DNA of 64,000 nt from Mustelus asterias (lineage: Eukaryota), in NCBI RefSeq assembly GCF_964213995.1, contig NC_135804.1:111104001-111168000 (forward strand). Direction: 5' to 3'. The position numbers were made by a program, and so were the translations under genes. Positions 12,430 through 24,633 of the stretch are shown here, piece by piece. Numbering within the stretch: position 1 is the stretch's first letter; each line of letters begins with the position of its first letter. Below the pieces are notes generated by a model. It saw only the letters and a program-made list of their open reading frames with translations, was not told the origin of the DNA and searched no databases.

Positions 12430-13090
12430 GGGATGGGGCAGCCTCAGGAATGATGCCCACCCCATCCCCAGACAGGCCCGAGGTGGGGGGGGGGCAGAGA
12501 AGGGATGGGGCTGGTTGCCAGGGGTAACGGTGCTCTGCCCGGTTGGGGGTTGGGGGGGGGGGGGGTTGTCAGGGTGACGGTCTCCCGGTTGCTAAGGGAA
12601 GGCTCGAGCGAGGTACCTCTCCGATGCAGAGTCCCATCACTTCCTCCTTCTCGGTGGACAGGGCGTGATTTAAACAGACCAGGAACGCGTCCGAGTCCAG
12701 GTGAACCCCGCACACCGCCATGTCCGGCCACCCGCATCGAGTGTAAACTCCCTTTAACCAAACCGGATCCCCCTCCCCGACAACATGGACACGCAACCGG
12801 TGCCGGGTGAAACAACGCGGCGGCGCAAGTGGGTTCCGGAACATTCGCCGAGTGAAATCGGAGCGGGCGGCGGCCGCAAAAGAAAAATAAACCGAGTGAT
12901 TACACCATTGCGTGGAAGGCCGAGGGAGTCCGCGTTACTCACTCCGGGGGCTGTAAGGCGGGGGTTAAGAAGATGTTATTTATTCCTCAGCGGCTCATTC
13001 TGAGCTGAACCCGAGCAGATTATGAGGTGACACCGGCTCTCCAGCAGGTGAAAGGGGGCAGGAGGAGAGTGAATTGAGGCAGGTGAGAAA
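12430..13090. promoter_or_regulatory. CpG-island bidirectional promoter BRCC3/CMC4 (probably includes non-coding CMC4 exon 1)
   Basis: GC- and CpG-rich island in an AT-rich background, between the divergent genes. Palindromic ETS-like GTTCCGGAAC near 12832. Candidate + strand donor CAG|GTGAGA near 13083. Confidence 0.75.
12617..12721 (-). CDS. BRCC3: BRCC3 (BRCC36, K63-specific JAMM deubiquitinase) coding exon 1
   Basis: ATG at 12721. Translates MAVCGVHLDSDAFLVCLNHALSTEKEEVMGLCIGE (35 aa), matching the BRCC36 N-terminus with the catalytic Glu (EEVMG). Ends at a GAG|GTACC donor, phase 0. Confidence 0.97.
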
Positions 13091-13279
13091 ACACATAACT
13101 AGTTATAAACAGACTCATGAAGAGAACCTATTAACTTTTGCACCTTGTGATTCAAAGGAAGCTGCTCTTGCACAAACCTCCCCCAGCTAGGAGTCCAAAT
13201 GAAGTGGAATAAAAATATTAATCCCAGTTACTGCAAATTAACGTCAGCGAGTCTTTGACCAAAGGAAGAAACTGGTTTA

Positions 13280-13832
13280 AAGTTTATTAGCGTCACAAGT
13301 AGGCTTACATTAACACTGCAATGAAGTTACTGTGAAAAATCCCCTGGTCGCCACACTCCGGTGCCTGTTCGGGTACACCTAAGGGAGAATTTAGCATGGC
13401 CAATTCACCTAACCCGCACGTCTTTCGGACTGTGGGGGAAACCAGAGCACCCGGAGGAAACCCACACAGATACGGGGAGAAAGTGCAAATTCCGTGCAGT
13501 GACTCAAGCTGGGGATCGAACCGGGTCTTATTTCTCGAGGAATTAAGGGCTATTTCTCGAGGAATTATTCTCGAGGAATTTCTCGAGGAATTAAGGGCTA
13601 TTTCTCGAGGAATTAAGGGCTATGCAGTGACTCAAGCTGGGGATCGAACCGGTTCTTATTTCTCGAGGAATTAAGGGCTATGGGGAGAGAGCGGGTAAAT
13701 GGAGTTGAAATCAACCATGATTGAATGGTGGAGTGGACTCGATGGGCCGAATGGCCTTACTTCCGCTCCTATGTCTTATGGTCTAGGGTCTCTGCCGTTG
13801 TGAGGCAGCAGTGCTAACCACAGTGCCACCGT
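13280..13832 (-). mobile_element. HE1/V-SINE-type SINE interrupted by a CR1 3'-end fragment (~13528-13784, +)
   Basis: SINE core on the - strand. Inserted CR1 tail ggactcgatgggccgaatggcc with a stuttered 5' junction. Confidence 0.85.
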
Positions 13833-14399
13833 GAATGCAAACACGTGGAGATTTCTTTTACATAGATGAGAGATACACCAAAGTAAGTAAACTAAAGTCA
13901 CCTCAACTTGGGTGTTTGGGAGTAGAATATGTCTTGAGGGGAGGACGTAATTTTAGAGGCATCAGCAAACTTATCAGAGGTTTTGAAATTGGTTCAAGAT
14001 AGTGTTTACACTTGTTGCCATATCCAAAACCAGTCGTGGGCAGTAATATGGTCAACTTTGATTTTAATGTTAACTTTGTAGACAGTGATGGTACAATCGT
14101 GGGATACTTATTGCTGTCTGCACCTAATATAAATGTTTTAGCTACTGCCGGAATTGGGAACAAAATTCCTGCTAGGCAGTGTAAATAGGGTGGAGCTGGT
14201 GATTACAATAACAATAGTTTTGAAACTTGGGACAGAACTGTTCATTTTTTGAATTTTTAAGTTTTGGAATTTTTTGAAGTTTATTTGGAAATTTTGAAAA
14301 TATATGGTAGCTACCAAAACTCACTTCTTAAACAGAACTTCCCTACTTCTTGGTTTGGTGTGGCGATGAAGGCACCAGTTTTTAAAATTTAAAACAAAA

Positions 14400-14710
14400 G
14401 TACCTTCTCTGGAGAGTCCCATATCAGAATCAGTTCAAAAATCAGGGGTCATTGATTCAGGCTAAGTGGCAGAAAGATTAGAGGGGACATTAGGATTTTT
14501 TTATGTGGAGGGTGGTGGGTGCCTGGAATTCGCTGTCTGAATTGATGGTGCAGGCAGAAATCTTTAAGAAGTACCTGGATCTGCACCTTAAATTCTATAA
14601 GCTGGAGGGCAGTGGGCCGTGTGCAGGAAGATGGGATTAGATAGGGCAGCTGCGTGTCTTTGGTTCAGCTTGGACAAGATGGGCCAAATGGCCCCCTTCT
14701 ATGCTTCACT
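14400..14710 (+). mobile_element. CR1 3' fragment
   Basis: agggtggtgggtgcctggaattcgctg and gatgggccaaatggcc CR1 tail. Confidence 0.75.
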
Positions 14711-15371
14711 TCTCAAATGATGTAGAGACTTCAGCATGTTTGTGAAACAGAAACTGAGAAGTTACAGTATGAATGCACTTTGGGACTTTTTTTCATTTAA
14801 ACAGAATGTGGAAATGACTAAATCAACTCTTAAATGTAACTCTTATTTCTGACCTAAACAAGAAATCTGGCGTCAGTGTTGGCAGCTTCATGCTGTTGAG
14901 CTGGCTATGATCTTATTTAATTACAAATGAAATCAACAGATTTCTAATCATCTCATGAATTCTTATTGTTTCTCTAAATATCTACTTAAAAGTCTTGCAT
15001 TTTGCATATGGCCATTACAACTCAAAATATCACATGTGACAATGTTACACATGCAAAATGTGAGTAACGCTTACAGCTGATTAGCTCAGATATACAAGAT
15101 ATTTTATATTCGGAGATCAATAATTGCATTTGCAACAATTAAAAGGATATTTTTTCCACTTGGATCATGTATTCACAGGTTAGCTGAAGGATGGAACTCT
15201 ATTCTTTTGCCAACTGCATATCTTTGCTGCAGGAACAGAAAAATACCATCTACTACACAAATTATCACATCACTTCCTTATAAAGCTCTCTCAATAAGAC
15301 TGTTGATTAGTTCCGAGCTCAATAAAGGTGCCAGATCCTGTCTGCCAACCAATGAGAATTTCAACTCAACA

Positions 15372-15560
15372 CAAAAACAGAAAATGCAGGGAAATCTCAG
15401 TAGGTCTGACAGCATCTGTGGAGCTGTGACAAAGGATCATCCAGGCTCAAAACATTGGCTCTATTTTCTCTCCTCGGACTTTGTCAGGCCTGCTGAAATT
15501 TTGCAGCATTTCTGTTTTTGTTTCAGATTCCAGCATCCACAGTATTTTGCTTTTATCTTA
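15372..15560. mobile_element. Inverted pair of Penelope-like (family 2) termini
   Basis: caaaaacagaaaatgcagggaaatctcagtaggtctgaca is the imperfect reverse complement of tgtcaggcctgctgaaattttgcagcatttctgtttttg. Confidence 0.6.
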
Positions 15561-15815
15561 GAATTTCAACTTAGTTTGGGCTGATTTCAGAAGCATCTTC
15601 TAAAGATGCATCAGTCAGTTATTAGACTAGTTTAATAAGCTTGGAATATTATCTGTAATTGTGTGCGTGTGTCCTGCCTTATATAAATTTGATTAACAGA
15701 TTATTTTCATATGATTGAAGCTTTCTTTTTAGAGTATCCAAGGGAAGTGAGACAACTGTACAAAAATGCAAAAAAAGGTGCCATATATGCTCTTCTCTTT
15801 TTCAGGCATACTGCC

Positions 15816-15873
15816 ATGTCTACCAAAGACCCCTGCCAGAAACAGGCCTGTGAAATACAGAAGTGCTTACAAG
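15816..15873 (+). CDS. CMC4: CMC4 (Cx9C motif-containing protein 4) first coding exon
   Basis: Acceptor TTTTTCAG at 15805 and Kozak GCCATG. Encodes MSTKDPCQKQACEIQKCLQ plus G. AAG|GTAAAA donor. Confidence 0.96.
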
Positions 15874-16699
15874 GTAAAATTTAGCATTTTCCCATTTCAT
15901 TCCATGTACTTAATTTGAAGTATCTCAGTCTAACACTCAGATATACAGTATTATCTATCATAAATTACTTGAATTTTATTGAGACACTAAGATAATGCAT
16001 GTTCTTTGAGAGTAGAGATTGGAAATCCTTATGTAAAAGAAAGAATTCCAGTGAGACCAGCTAGCTCACAATGGGACAAGTGCTGAGAAATCCGTAGCAG
16101 TTGTTTTGGGTGGCATCTGCTACTTGGTTCCAGAGTTTGGGATATCTGACCACTGTTTGCCTCTTGGTTTACATGGACTGAATACTGACTGAGAACATTA
16201 GAGTATAAGATAAATATTGTAGGTATTTTCTGTGCTTCACATGGTGTTTGACACTTTATCACTAATATTCAATATACAATTTTCTTTAGCGTTGTTGCAT
16301 GTTGCTGATACATAACCCAGGCATTACTGCAGTACAGGTGTGTGGTAATAGCAGCTGTTCTGTACACTAGGACTTTTGTTATATTACAGTGGTCTTTGTG
16401 GTCAAACACTGCTGCTGTAATTTGTAGAAGGCTGAACTGCCAAGGCTGACCAAATGTTGAATCTCCTTGCCAGTTGTGGCCTTTTGACCAAAGTGGCCAT
16501 CAAAGTATGAGACGTGCTCAACATATTCCAGAGTCTCTCCTTCAATAATATCCCACAATTCAATGGCCTGTCACAGAATATCTAGACTTGCATACAAAGA
16601 CTGGCCATTTGAACCCACAGAACCATGAGTTAGTGCCTTCATAAGAGGAAGAAAAACTGATGGGCAAGAAACACACGTGGTTCGGAAATAGATATAGTT

Positions 16700-18123
16700 G
16701 TAGGTAATCTATATTTGCTTTATGTGGGTTGGGCATAAGATATAGTTTAAAGTTTTAGTTTCATTTTTAAAAGTTGCCTGTAAAGCTGTGGGTTTGTTTA
16801 GATGCTTGCATTTTTAATAAGGTTATTACAGATCTAAAACAAATACAATTCAAAAAACTGGGCTTTTGCCTGGCAACCAAGGGCCCACACAGAAAAGCAA
16901 AGGCAGTTTGAGTGCAGTTGAAAGAATGTAACTTAGAAGCAGGGAGCTTTGCACTGAAATGTCCAGAACAAACAATACACAGAAAACAAGTCCCAGAAAC
17001 CAGGGAATGTGACAGAAGAGAGTTCCAGAAAGACAATGAAGTCAAGAAACAGGGACAGGAATTTGAGAAACAGGTCCTGTTCAGTGAGGTTCAGGTAGGG
17101 GCTCCAAATTTAAAAGACAAAGCTGCAGAAAGCAGATGGAAAGCAAAGTGGGCTTATGAGAAGCCAGAGGTACAAGGTGACCGTAAGGCTGGTGAGTTCT
17201 TACTACAGGCCTTTGGAGCAGTTCTGTTGGCATAGCTGGGTATCTGTGAGATTGTGTAGAAAGGAAGCTTGAATGTATCTGGTTTTGCAGGGCAGTCGAA
17301 AATTGGAGGTGGATCCTTGATAAAGACTTCCGAGAGAAAGCATCCTTTGAGGAAGATTTCAAGGCATGTTCTTTGAGAATGGAGATTGGAAATCCTTATG
17401 TAAAAGAAAGAATTCCATTGAGACCTGCTCACAGTGGGACAAGTGCTGAGAAATCCATAGAAGTTGTTTTCGGTGGCATCTGCCCCTTGGTTTCAGAGTT
17501 TGGGATATCTGACCACTGTTTGCCTCTTGGTTTACATGGATTGAATACTGCCTGAGAACATTAGAGTATAAGATAGATTTTGTATCTTGGTATTATCAGT
17601 ACAAATCTATATATATCTGAAAAGGTAAAGGTGCCATAGTCCCAGATGACCATAGGTTGCTCTCCCCTTTGAGGGAGAGTGCTGACTGGTGGTGATTTAA
17701 CCTGAGGATCTCCACACCACAGACAAGTGGGAAGGTTGAGAAGGCAGGGCCATCATGAATAACCTCAACCGGTACGTGAATTGAATCTGCGCTGTTAACG
17801 TCGCACTGCATCACAAACCTGCCATCCAGCCAACTGAAAAAAGATATGCAACAAAAACAGAAAATGCTGGAAAATCTCAGCAAGTCTGACACCATCTGTG
17901 GAGAGAGAACAGAGTTAACATTTTGAGTCTGGATGATCCTTCGTCAGAGGTATGGTATGGTATGGGTGAAGGACTGGTGTAACATTAATATTTTGTCTAA
18001 TAACTGTAAGCTGACTCCTGTCACTGTGTTCAGTAGCAGCCATCCACATCTCTAAACAAAAAAAAAAGTTAGGTCTCCACCCCAGAACTGACTTGTCCAA
18101 TAGTAACATCAGCTGGGATCATA
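16700..18123 (+). mobile_element. Probable solo LTR-like element with SINE (17620-17836, -) and Penelope-end (17850-17950) insertions
   Basis: Purine-rich LTR-like body ending gggatcataa. Segment 17367-17585 is duplicated at 16009-16222. The tRNA-headed SINE is also seen at 30085-30160. Confidence 0.45.
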
Positions 18124-18342
18124 AAAGTTTCACCTTCATCACATTGTTCAGTTCATTAGTTTACTTTCTGAGAAGTTAAACCATAATCCAGAGTAATTTC
18201 TGGAGGAAAAAGGTTTTGACTCTCTGTTCAGTGCTGCCAGACAACTGGCTGGGGTCAGTGATAGATACTCTGTATGAAAGAAGTACTGGATGAACACCTA
18301 TGAAACGGGGATGATGCATACTTTTTCATGCTTCTTTTATAG

Positions 18343-18491
18343 CTTACAATTATCAGGAGAGCAAGTGTCAGCATGTGATCCAAGAAATGCATAAGTGCTG
18401 TCAGACATATGCAAAGACATCTGTTTGTTGTTCAGGCTTTTTGAAAGAAGAAGACAAGAAAAGGCTACAAACATCAACTGATTGCCAATGA
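18343..18491 (+). CDS. CMC4: CMC4 last coding exon
   Basis: CTTTTATAG acceptor. Encodes (A)YNYQESKCQHVIQEMHKCCQTYAKTSVCCSGFLKEEDKKRLQTSTDCQ*. Total 68 aa with twin Cx9C (C7/C17, C28/C38). ATTAAA near 18655. Confidence 0.96.
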
Positions 18492-18814
18492 GTGCAAATC
18501 CTTTGCTCATGCCTCAACTTAAGAGATTGCCATGTCGTATCACTGCTGACCACGACGAATTCGAAAGAAGATATAACGATAACAGTGATGACTTTAAATC
18601 AGTCAAATGTTAAATCAAATGTACAGAACTGCACAAAAATTAATTGAATAATGTATTAAAGTTTAACCCGTTGTACAGTTTTCTGGCCATCAACTCCACA
18701 TTATTTCTTAGTAAACTGCCAATAACTGGTATCACAGTTATTTAATCCTAGAATGTGAATATCATTTTGAAACAAGAGCATCCTAATGATAGAGACTCTG
18801 TGTAAGATTTAAAC

Positions 18815-19420
18815 AGAAGCACAGTCAGGACCTGGGTGTACATGTGCAGAAATTGCCGAAGGCCGGTTGAAAGTAGTGAATAAAGCATAAGGGATCCTGG
18901 GCTTTATAAATAGAGGTATTAAACAAGAAGATTATGGTAAACCTTTATAAGCCACTGGTTCGGCCTCAGCCAGAGAATTGTGACCAGTTCTGGGCACTGC
19001 ACCTTAAGAAAAATGAGAAGATTTTAGAGTGGGGGTACTCTAAAAGATTTACGAGAATGGTTCCAAGGATAGATTGGTGAAGTTGGGGCTGTTCTCCTTA
19101 GGTAGGATTGCGAGGAGATTTGATAGAAATGTTCAAAATCATGAGGAGTCTGGACGGAATAGATGGGGAGCTATTGCTCCAATTGGCACTATTGTCGAGA
19201 ACCAGATGACACCGATTTAAGGCGATTGTCAAAGGAAGCAATGACAACATGAGGAGAAACCTTTTTATGCAGTCTGGTTTGGACCTGGAATGTGGTGGAT
19301 TTATTTGAATTAAGTATCTAAAGAGAAAGGTTTTCAGGACTATAAGGGAAAGGGACTAACTGATTAGCTCTTAGAGAGCATAGATGCCAAGCGTCAAATG
19401 ACTAATCATTCTATCTATAA
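18815..19420 (+). mobile_element. Decayed CR1 3' fragment
   Basis: Degenerate ctggttcggcctcag..gaattgtgaccagttctgg (LVRPHLEYCVQFW) region and CR1 tail. Confidence 0.8.
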
Positions 19421-22095
19421 TTGATGTAATTTGCTCCTTGTTAATCTATACGTCAGAATGTCTAGGTATTTAGTGGCAAAGAGGTACTTGCCTCTTGGCT
19501 CCCTCCAGAGGCATTACTGTGCACAGAAAAACAATTTCACCATTCCTCTTATAAGATAGCCATCACATGCTAATATGAATTTATTAGAGCAAGATTTGAA
19601 ACACATTTACTAATCTCTATCAGGTCACTGAACCCTACTTAGTAAAAATATTCCTATAGATTGCTCTTTTACAAGGAATTCTTGATAGGTACCTTATTTC
19701 CCCCATTTAAGGAATTACCATGATAGAAGTGTCATGACTCTTTCCCAAGGTTAACACCCGTTTGATATTTTAAAGCTTTCCCGAGTTGTCTGCATTTGTT
19801 ACAGATACATCATAGCAGTTGAATGCCTAAACCCCAACCATGCATTATTTGGATGAGTCTTAATTCCAGTGCCAGTCTCTCGTTCCCAACCCATCACACA
19901 GAAAATAAGCTTTTATGTCGCTTGATTTATCCATTTGAATCTGCTAGGCTCAGCATACATGTCATTCTGCCAATGCAGCCCCTAGCCCAACAAGCTGCCA
20001 ACTTCTTATACACAAAATAATAAAAATGCATGCATAGCAGCTTTTAAAAATGTCCAGTTTTCATACATTAGTATCTGTTTTCGGATATCCAGATTTGAGA
20101 TACTGTCCTTGTAGTATTAAAATACGTTCTTTAGTGATGACAGAAAACCCAATGTACAGTGACACCAGTACAGTTGATGGTACCATCTGTACGCAAAAGG
20201 AATCATCAGTAAGGTGCACTGGAATACTTACATGATCAACATATAAAATGCATTTCTGTATGGGACATTCATGAAATGAGAATGGAAGAATTCCATGAAC
20301 ATCTTGACGTATATTCAAGCATTAAATAGGACCTTGTGATGAAGCAAAAGTAAGAGTTTAGGATTCTTAGAAATATGGAAGGTCATGTGTCTGATTGACA
20401 TTGCTCCAATTGTGAAAAGTCATATCCAAAGCTATATGTGCAAACATGCTCTTAGGTGGTATTTTGTAGAACTAGAGTCCATCTCACAATGGACCTGTCC
20501 CCAAACAGGCTTTCTTCTTCAATCTTGCATATATTCTTTGAAGAAGGCAAAATATATGTGGAAGATTACTTGGTCCACCTTATCTATCTAGCCCTTAAAG
20601 CACCCAGCTTCTTTTTAAATGATTCAGTCATTTTCTGCCATTCTTGTATCCAGAAGTCTAACGCACCTGGCATTTACTCTGTCTGAATTTCCTGACAGTA
20701 GCCAATGATGCCAGTCAGAAAATAGATTCTCCCTGCAAAGACATCTGCCTCAGAGCACATTATTTCCATCTATTTCATCTCAAAATACATTCCTCCTCAT
20801 CTTTCCACTGAGGATGAAAGGCCAATGGCACTGAAGACAAATATTGCAAGAACTATGTCATGTTCCTCGAGTGGCAGAAATTCATCAAGGTTTCTTCAGA
20901 TGTACTACCTGTACCACCTAGAAAGACAAGTGCCAGGGAACTCCACTATCTTCAAGCCAAACACCACACTTTTATATGAATGGATGTTCCTCCTTTTCAC
21001 TTGGTCAAAATCTTGGATTTTACTACAACCCAACAGTATTTTGAGAGCCCTTTCACCACCTTTTGTACTTCAAGCATGTCCACCATCACCTTCTTAGGGC
21101 AACAAATGCTGACATTGTCAGCCACACCTAAATCCCAAGAATAGATTAAAGCTAGCTGGAATTCCCAAGGATAATTATACCAGGGATCAAGAGAATATAT
21201 TCTTATGTCTTCTTTCCAAAGAAAATTTAAGAATTGCAGATTTCCAAAATTATCCTATGTAAGACTAGTTTCTGTGCACCTCAGTGCTTCAATTTACAGA
21301 ACAAATCTCTAGGCCTGATCAAAGCTTTCCAATATCCACAATGACTAATGTCTTGTCATAGGTTGGCCAAAGAAAATCAGTTTGAATCAGAGAAAAGGAC
21401 CAGTGAAATGGAGACATTCTGCCCAACTGTAAGGAAGTTGTAAGAGCATTGCTGAAAAAAAAACATTTTATTGAAGCTTTTTGTCTTGCGCTCTTCAGGA
21501 CAATCACAAGAGTACAATGTTAGGGAAATAAGTTTATAGTGTATGAAAAGGGAGTACTGATTTGTTGGCAAGTGGACTTGGATACATGCATTGCCATAGC
21601 AAATGCACCAGTTAATTGTCACTGACAGTTAACTGCCAAGCATTGTTTGAAAATTTAAACCAGTCAGCATGACTCTGGTCAAAGCACTGCTCTGAGGAAT
21701 GAAGCAGCAAATGGCCATCACTTATCTTGTTTAGCTGAAACAGGCACAATGTGTGTACATGTTCATTCTGTCTGCAAAGAACAGGACCCTGTGTATTAAC
21801 TGATATAGTTTCTGGTATATGCAAATGTGCCACACTGTGAGCCCCTCTTACAATCTTAAATTGGTTGTCAGCATAACTTTTTAGCGCATCACAATTATTT
21901 AGCAAATGTTGTCACATCTAATATTGGACACGTGTTTTGACTTTTGCAAGCACTGGCTGGTTGGGTACAGTGTGTACCTAGGCTGTTGGGAACGGCAGAA
22001 AGGACATGCCGTTAAGATTCACCAGACTTGGGGATTTTCGTCCTACACACCCAGCATCATACTGACGCAAATTCATATACCACATTACTCATGTC

Positions 22096-22443
22096 ATAGA
22101 ATCATAGAAATCATAGAAACCCTACAGTGCAGAAAGAGGCCATTCGGCCCATCGAGTCTGCACCGACCACAATCCCACCCAGGCCCTACCCCCATAATCC
22201 CTACATATTTTATCTGCTAATCTACGCATCCCAGGACACTAAGGGGCAATTTTGAGCACGGCCAATCAACCTAACCCGCACATCTTTGGACTGTGGGAGG
22301 AAACCGGAGCACCCGGAGGAAACCCACGCAGACACGAGGAGAATGTGCAAACTCCACACAGACAGCGACCCAAGCCGGGAATCGAACACAGGCCCCTGGA
22401 GCTGTGAAGCAGCAGTGCTAACCACTGTGCTACCGTGCCGCCC
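22096..22443 (-). mobile_element. Full-length young HE1/V-SINE-type SINE
   Basis: Reverse complement begins gggcggcacggtagcacagtggttagcactgctgc and ends in (ttctatga)n. Confidence 0.92.
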
Positions 22444-22499
22444 TGTCATAGGCTTGTCAGGAGTATCCCGTCAGTGATGAATACATCTTAGTGTTGCAA

Positions 22500-23690
22500 G
22501 GCCTAAAGGCCAACCCAATCATACACATCAATAAACCTGACAAAAGGATGGGAAAAGTCATCTTTAGCAAAAAAGTGACGATATCACCAAAATGCATGTC
22601 ATTCTTAAGGATCCAAATTTGTATCTATTGGACCTGCTGCTCAATATGACTGGACTGCCTTGCTCGAAAGTAAGCTTTAAAAAAATCAATTTGTTGGACT
22701 TGTGCAAGAGCGATAAGTTGCCATGTGATATATATGACAGGGTTCATCCTCACAGCTCACTGCATCCACGTGTGTGTGGGCTGCCTCAGATACATAAAAG
22801 TGATGTCCCTTACACCTTATCTATGACCGGTTCTGCACAGCATAAATTGGCCAAATGGTTGGGTGAATTTAACAAAGTTTTCCACATGTACAGTGAGGGA
22901 TTCCTTCACATTTGCAGAAACCATACAGGACTTGCATATTGATAGCAATGTTGTGTCCACATGCTCATTTGACATGGTCAGCCTATTTACCAATGCTCCA
23001 CTTGAAGCCATAAATATTTGTGCTGCAGCACTATATCATGGTGATCTAGATGCACCACCAATGCATAAATCAGTACTTAGAGCTTATGAACTCAACAATT
23101 CATGCAGTGGAGTTCAGCTTTACCAATACAATTTATGCCCAAATAGATGATGTTGCCATGGGATCCCCCCAGACCCAGCCCTCGCAAACAACTTAGCCAG
23201 GCTTCATGAGTAACACTCTTCGACGGAAGGACATTACATCCTACCTCTTGCATATATCCTATATGTGGATGATACATTTGCTATATTTAAATCCATAACA
23301 TGTAATAATATCTTTACATTGTCTTACTGGGCTCCATAATTCATCTTCGAAATGAACAGTCTAATGAACTCTCCTTGTTTTGACGTACTAGTTGAGAAAT
23401 CTGCCAGGAGTTTCTCTACCATGCTGTACCCCAAGTCTACCTTCACTGATCAATACACAGGTTGGGATTCGTACAGTTCCACATGCTATAAGATTGGTCT
23501 TAGGGATCAAGCCATTTGCTCACCATGCAAGTCTGATGCTGAAATAAGGCACATCAAAGACATCTTACCGGATAAAAGCTGTCTGTCTGCAAACTCATGA
23601 ATGCGCCTTAGGCTGTCACTTTCAGCCCTGAAAAGTGCCCAGTCTACCTCAGATTACCCTGGAAGAGCCAGAAATCTCAAAGACTGGCAG
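22500..23690 (+). mobile_element. Decayed Penelope-like RT
   Basis: GLPQIHK, DSFTFAETIQ..SFDMVSLFTNAPL, VAMGSP and YVDDTF motifs, with frameshifts. Confidence 0.8.
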
Positions 23691-23975
23691 ATCGCGTCAA
23701 ACAGCAATTAAAAATTACAGCGATTAAAAATTACACTGACAACCAATTTATGATCAGCTAAATGGCCACTTTCTGTGCTATACCATTCAATATTTCCCCA
23801 TCCTTCCCCACAGAAGGGAAGTGTGACTGCTTTTTTTTTATTGTAAAGGCCACACTGTTGCCACACCAGTGATTCACCCCACTCGCTGGCAACTCTGAAA
23901 TAAGCACTTCTGACATCCAGTGGCAACTCCATCAGAATATCTTAACATATCACAACCAAAGATTTCATACGGGAC

Positions 23976-24633
23976 TGTTGCAGTAACTTCACAGCTTGGT
24001 TATTGAATTGGGGAAAAACATAAAGATGGGTACATAACACATAAAATGGCTGCCTGGCACATAAAAAGTTACCTGGGAAAGAGACATTGAGCAGGCACTG
24101 ACTTTTGGCGCAGACAACTACTTGAAATTAAAACATGCAGGACAGACAGTTATTTACATGCAGGGAACAAATACTGCAGGAAGTCAGGGTTTGAGGCACT
24201 TTTAAGATAAGGACAGACCCAGGACAATAGGGTCTGATAAAGAGATTAGCCACAAATGGGAACGGGAATACATAAATGCAGGAAAACCAATTACTGTATG
24301 TATAGACCGAAACTAAATCATTGATAAATCACTGAAAGAGGAAATGTATCCATTCAATGAAACAATGCGATGTTAAAAGCCAATGTCTGTATGTCTAGCT
24401 GTAATGGTGTGTTAACTATCGATCCTACTCAACTGTAACAATGTGTTAAATGGCTAATGTCTGGACTATCCATTGTCTGAAAAGTATAAAAATGAACCAC
24501 TCCTATTGTATCATTGAGAGAAGGTAGCTGCCTAAAGTACTGCGGAGTGCCAGTGCCTTTTCTCCACGAAGCTTCGTTAAATAAAACTGTATTGTTGAAC
24601 CTCCAGTCTGACTCCGGTGGTTTTCCCACAACA
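23976..24633 (+). mobile_element. Solo LTR
   Basis: TGTTG...CAACA inverted termini, TATAAA near 24485 and AATAAA near 24579. No TSD seen. Confidence 0.6.

Noticed and set aside
12569-12844. 91-aa ORF suggesting an N-terminally extended BRCC3
   Set aside because: Homology starts at MAVCGVHL (ATG 12721, good Kozak context). The upstream part is GC-rich UTR/promoter and the tail runs past the splice donor.
19450-22090. Repeat-poor stretch between CMC4 and FUNDC2 with several 60-100-aa ORFs
   Set aside because: No recognisable domain or consistent splice chain, so a gene cannot be supported.
22370-22443. tRNA-like A/B boxes
   Set aside because: These are SINE heads attached to the SINE core and tail; no complete cloverleaf tRNA gene.
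22222-22477. Recurrent ORFs such as CGRKPEHPEETHADT / LSVWSLHILPVSAWVSSGCSGFLPQSKD (also near 13361, 43428, 45502, 54156)
   Set aside because: Translations of the high-copy SINE, not genes.
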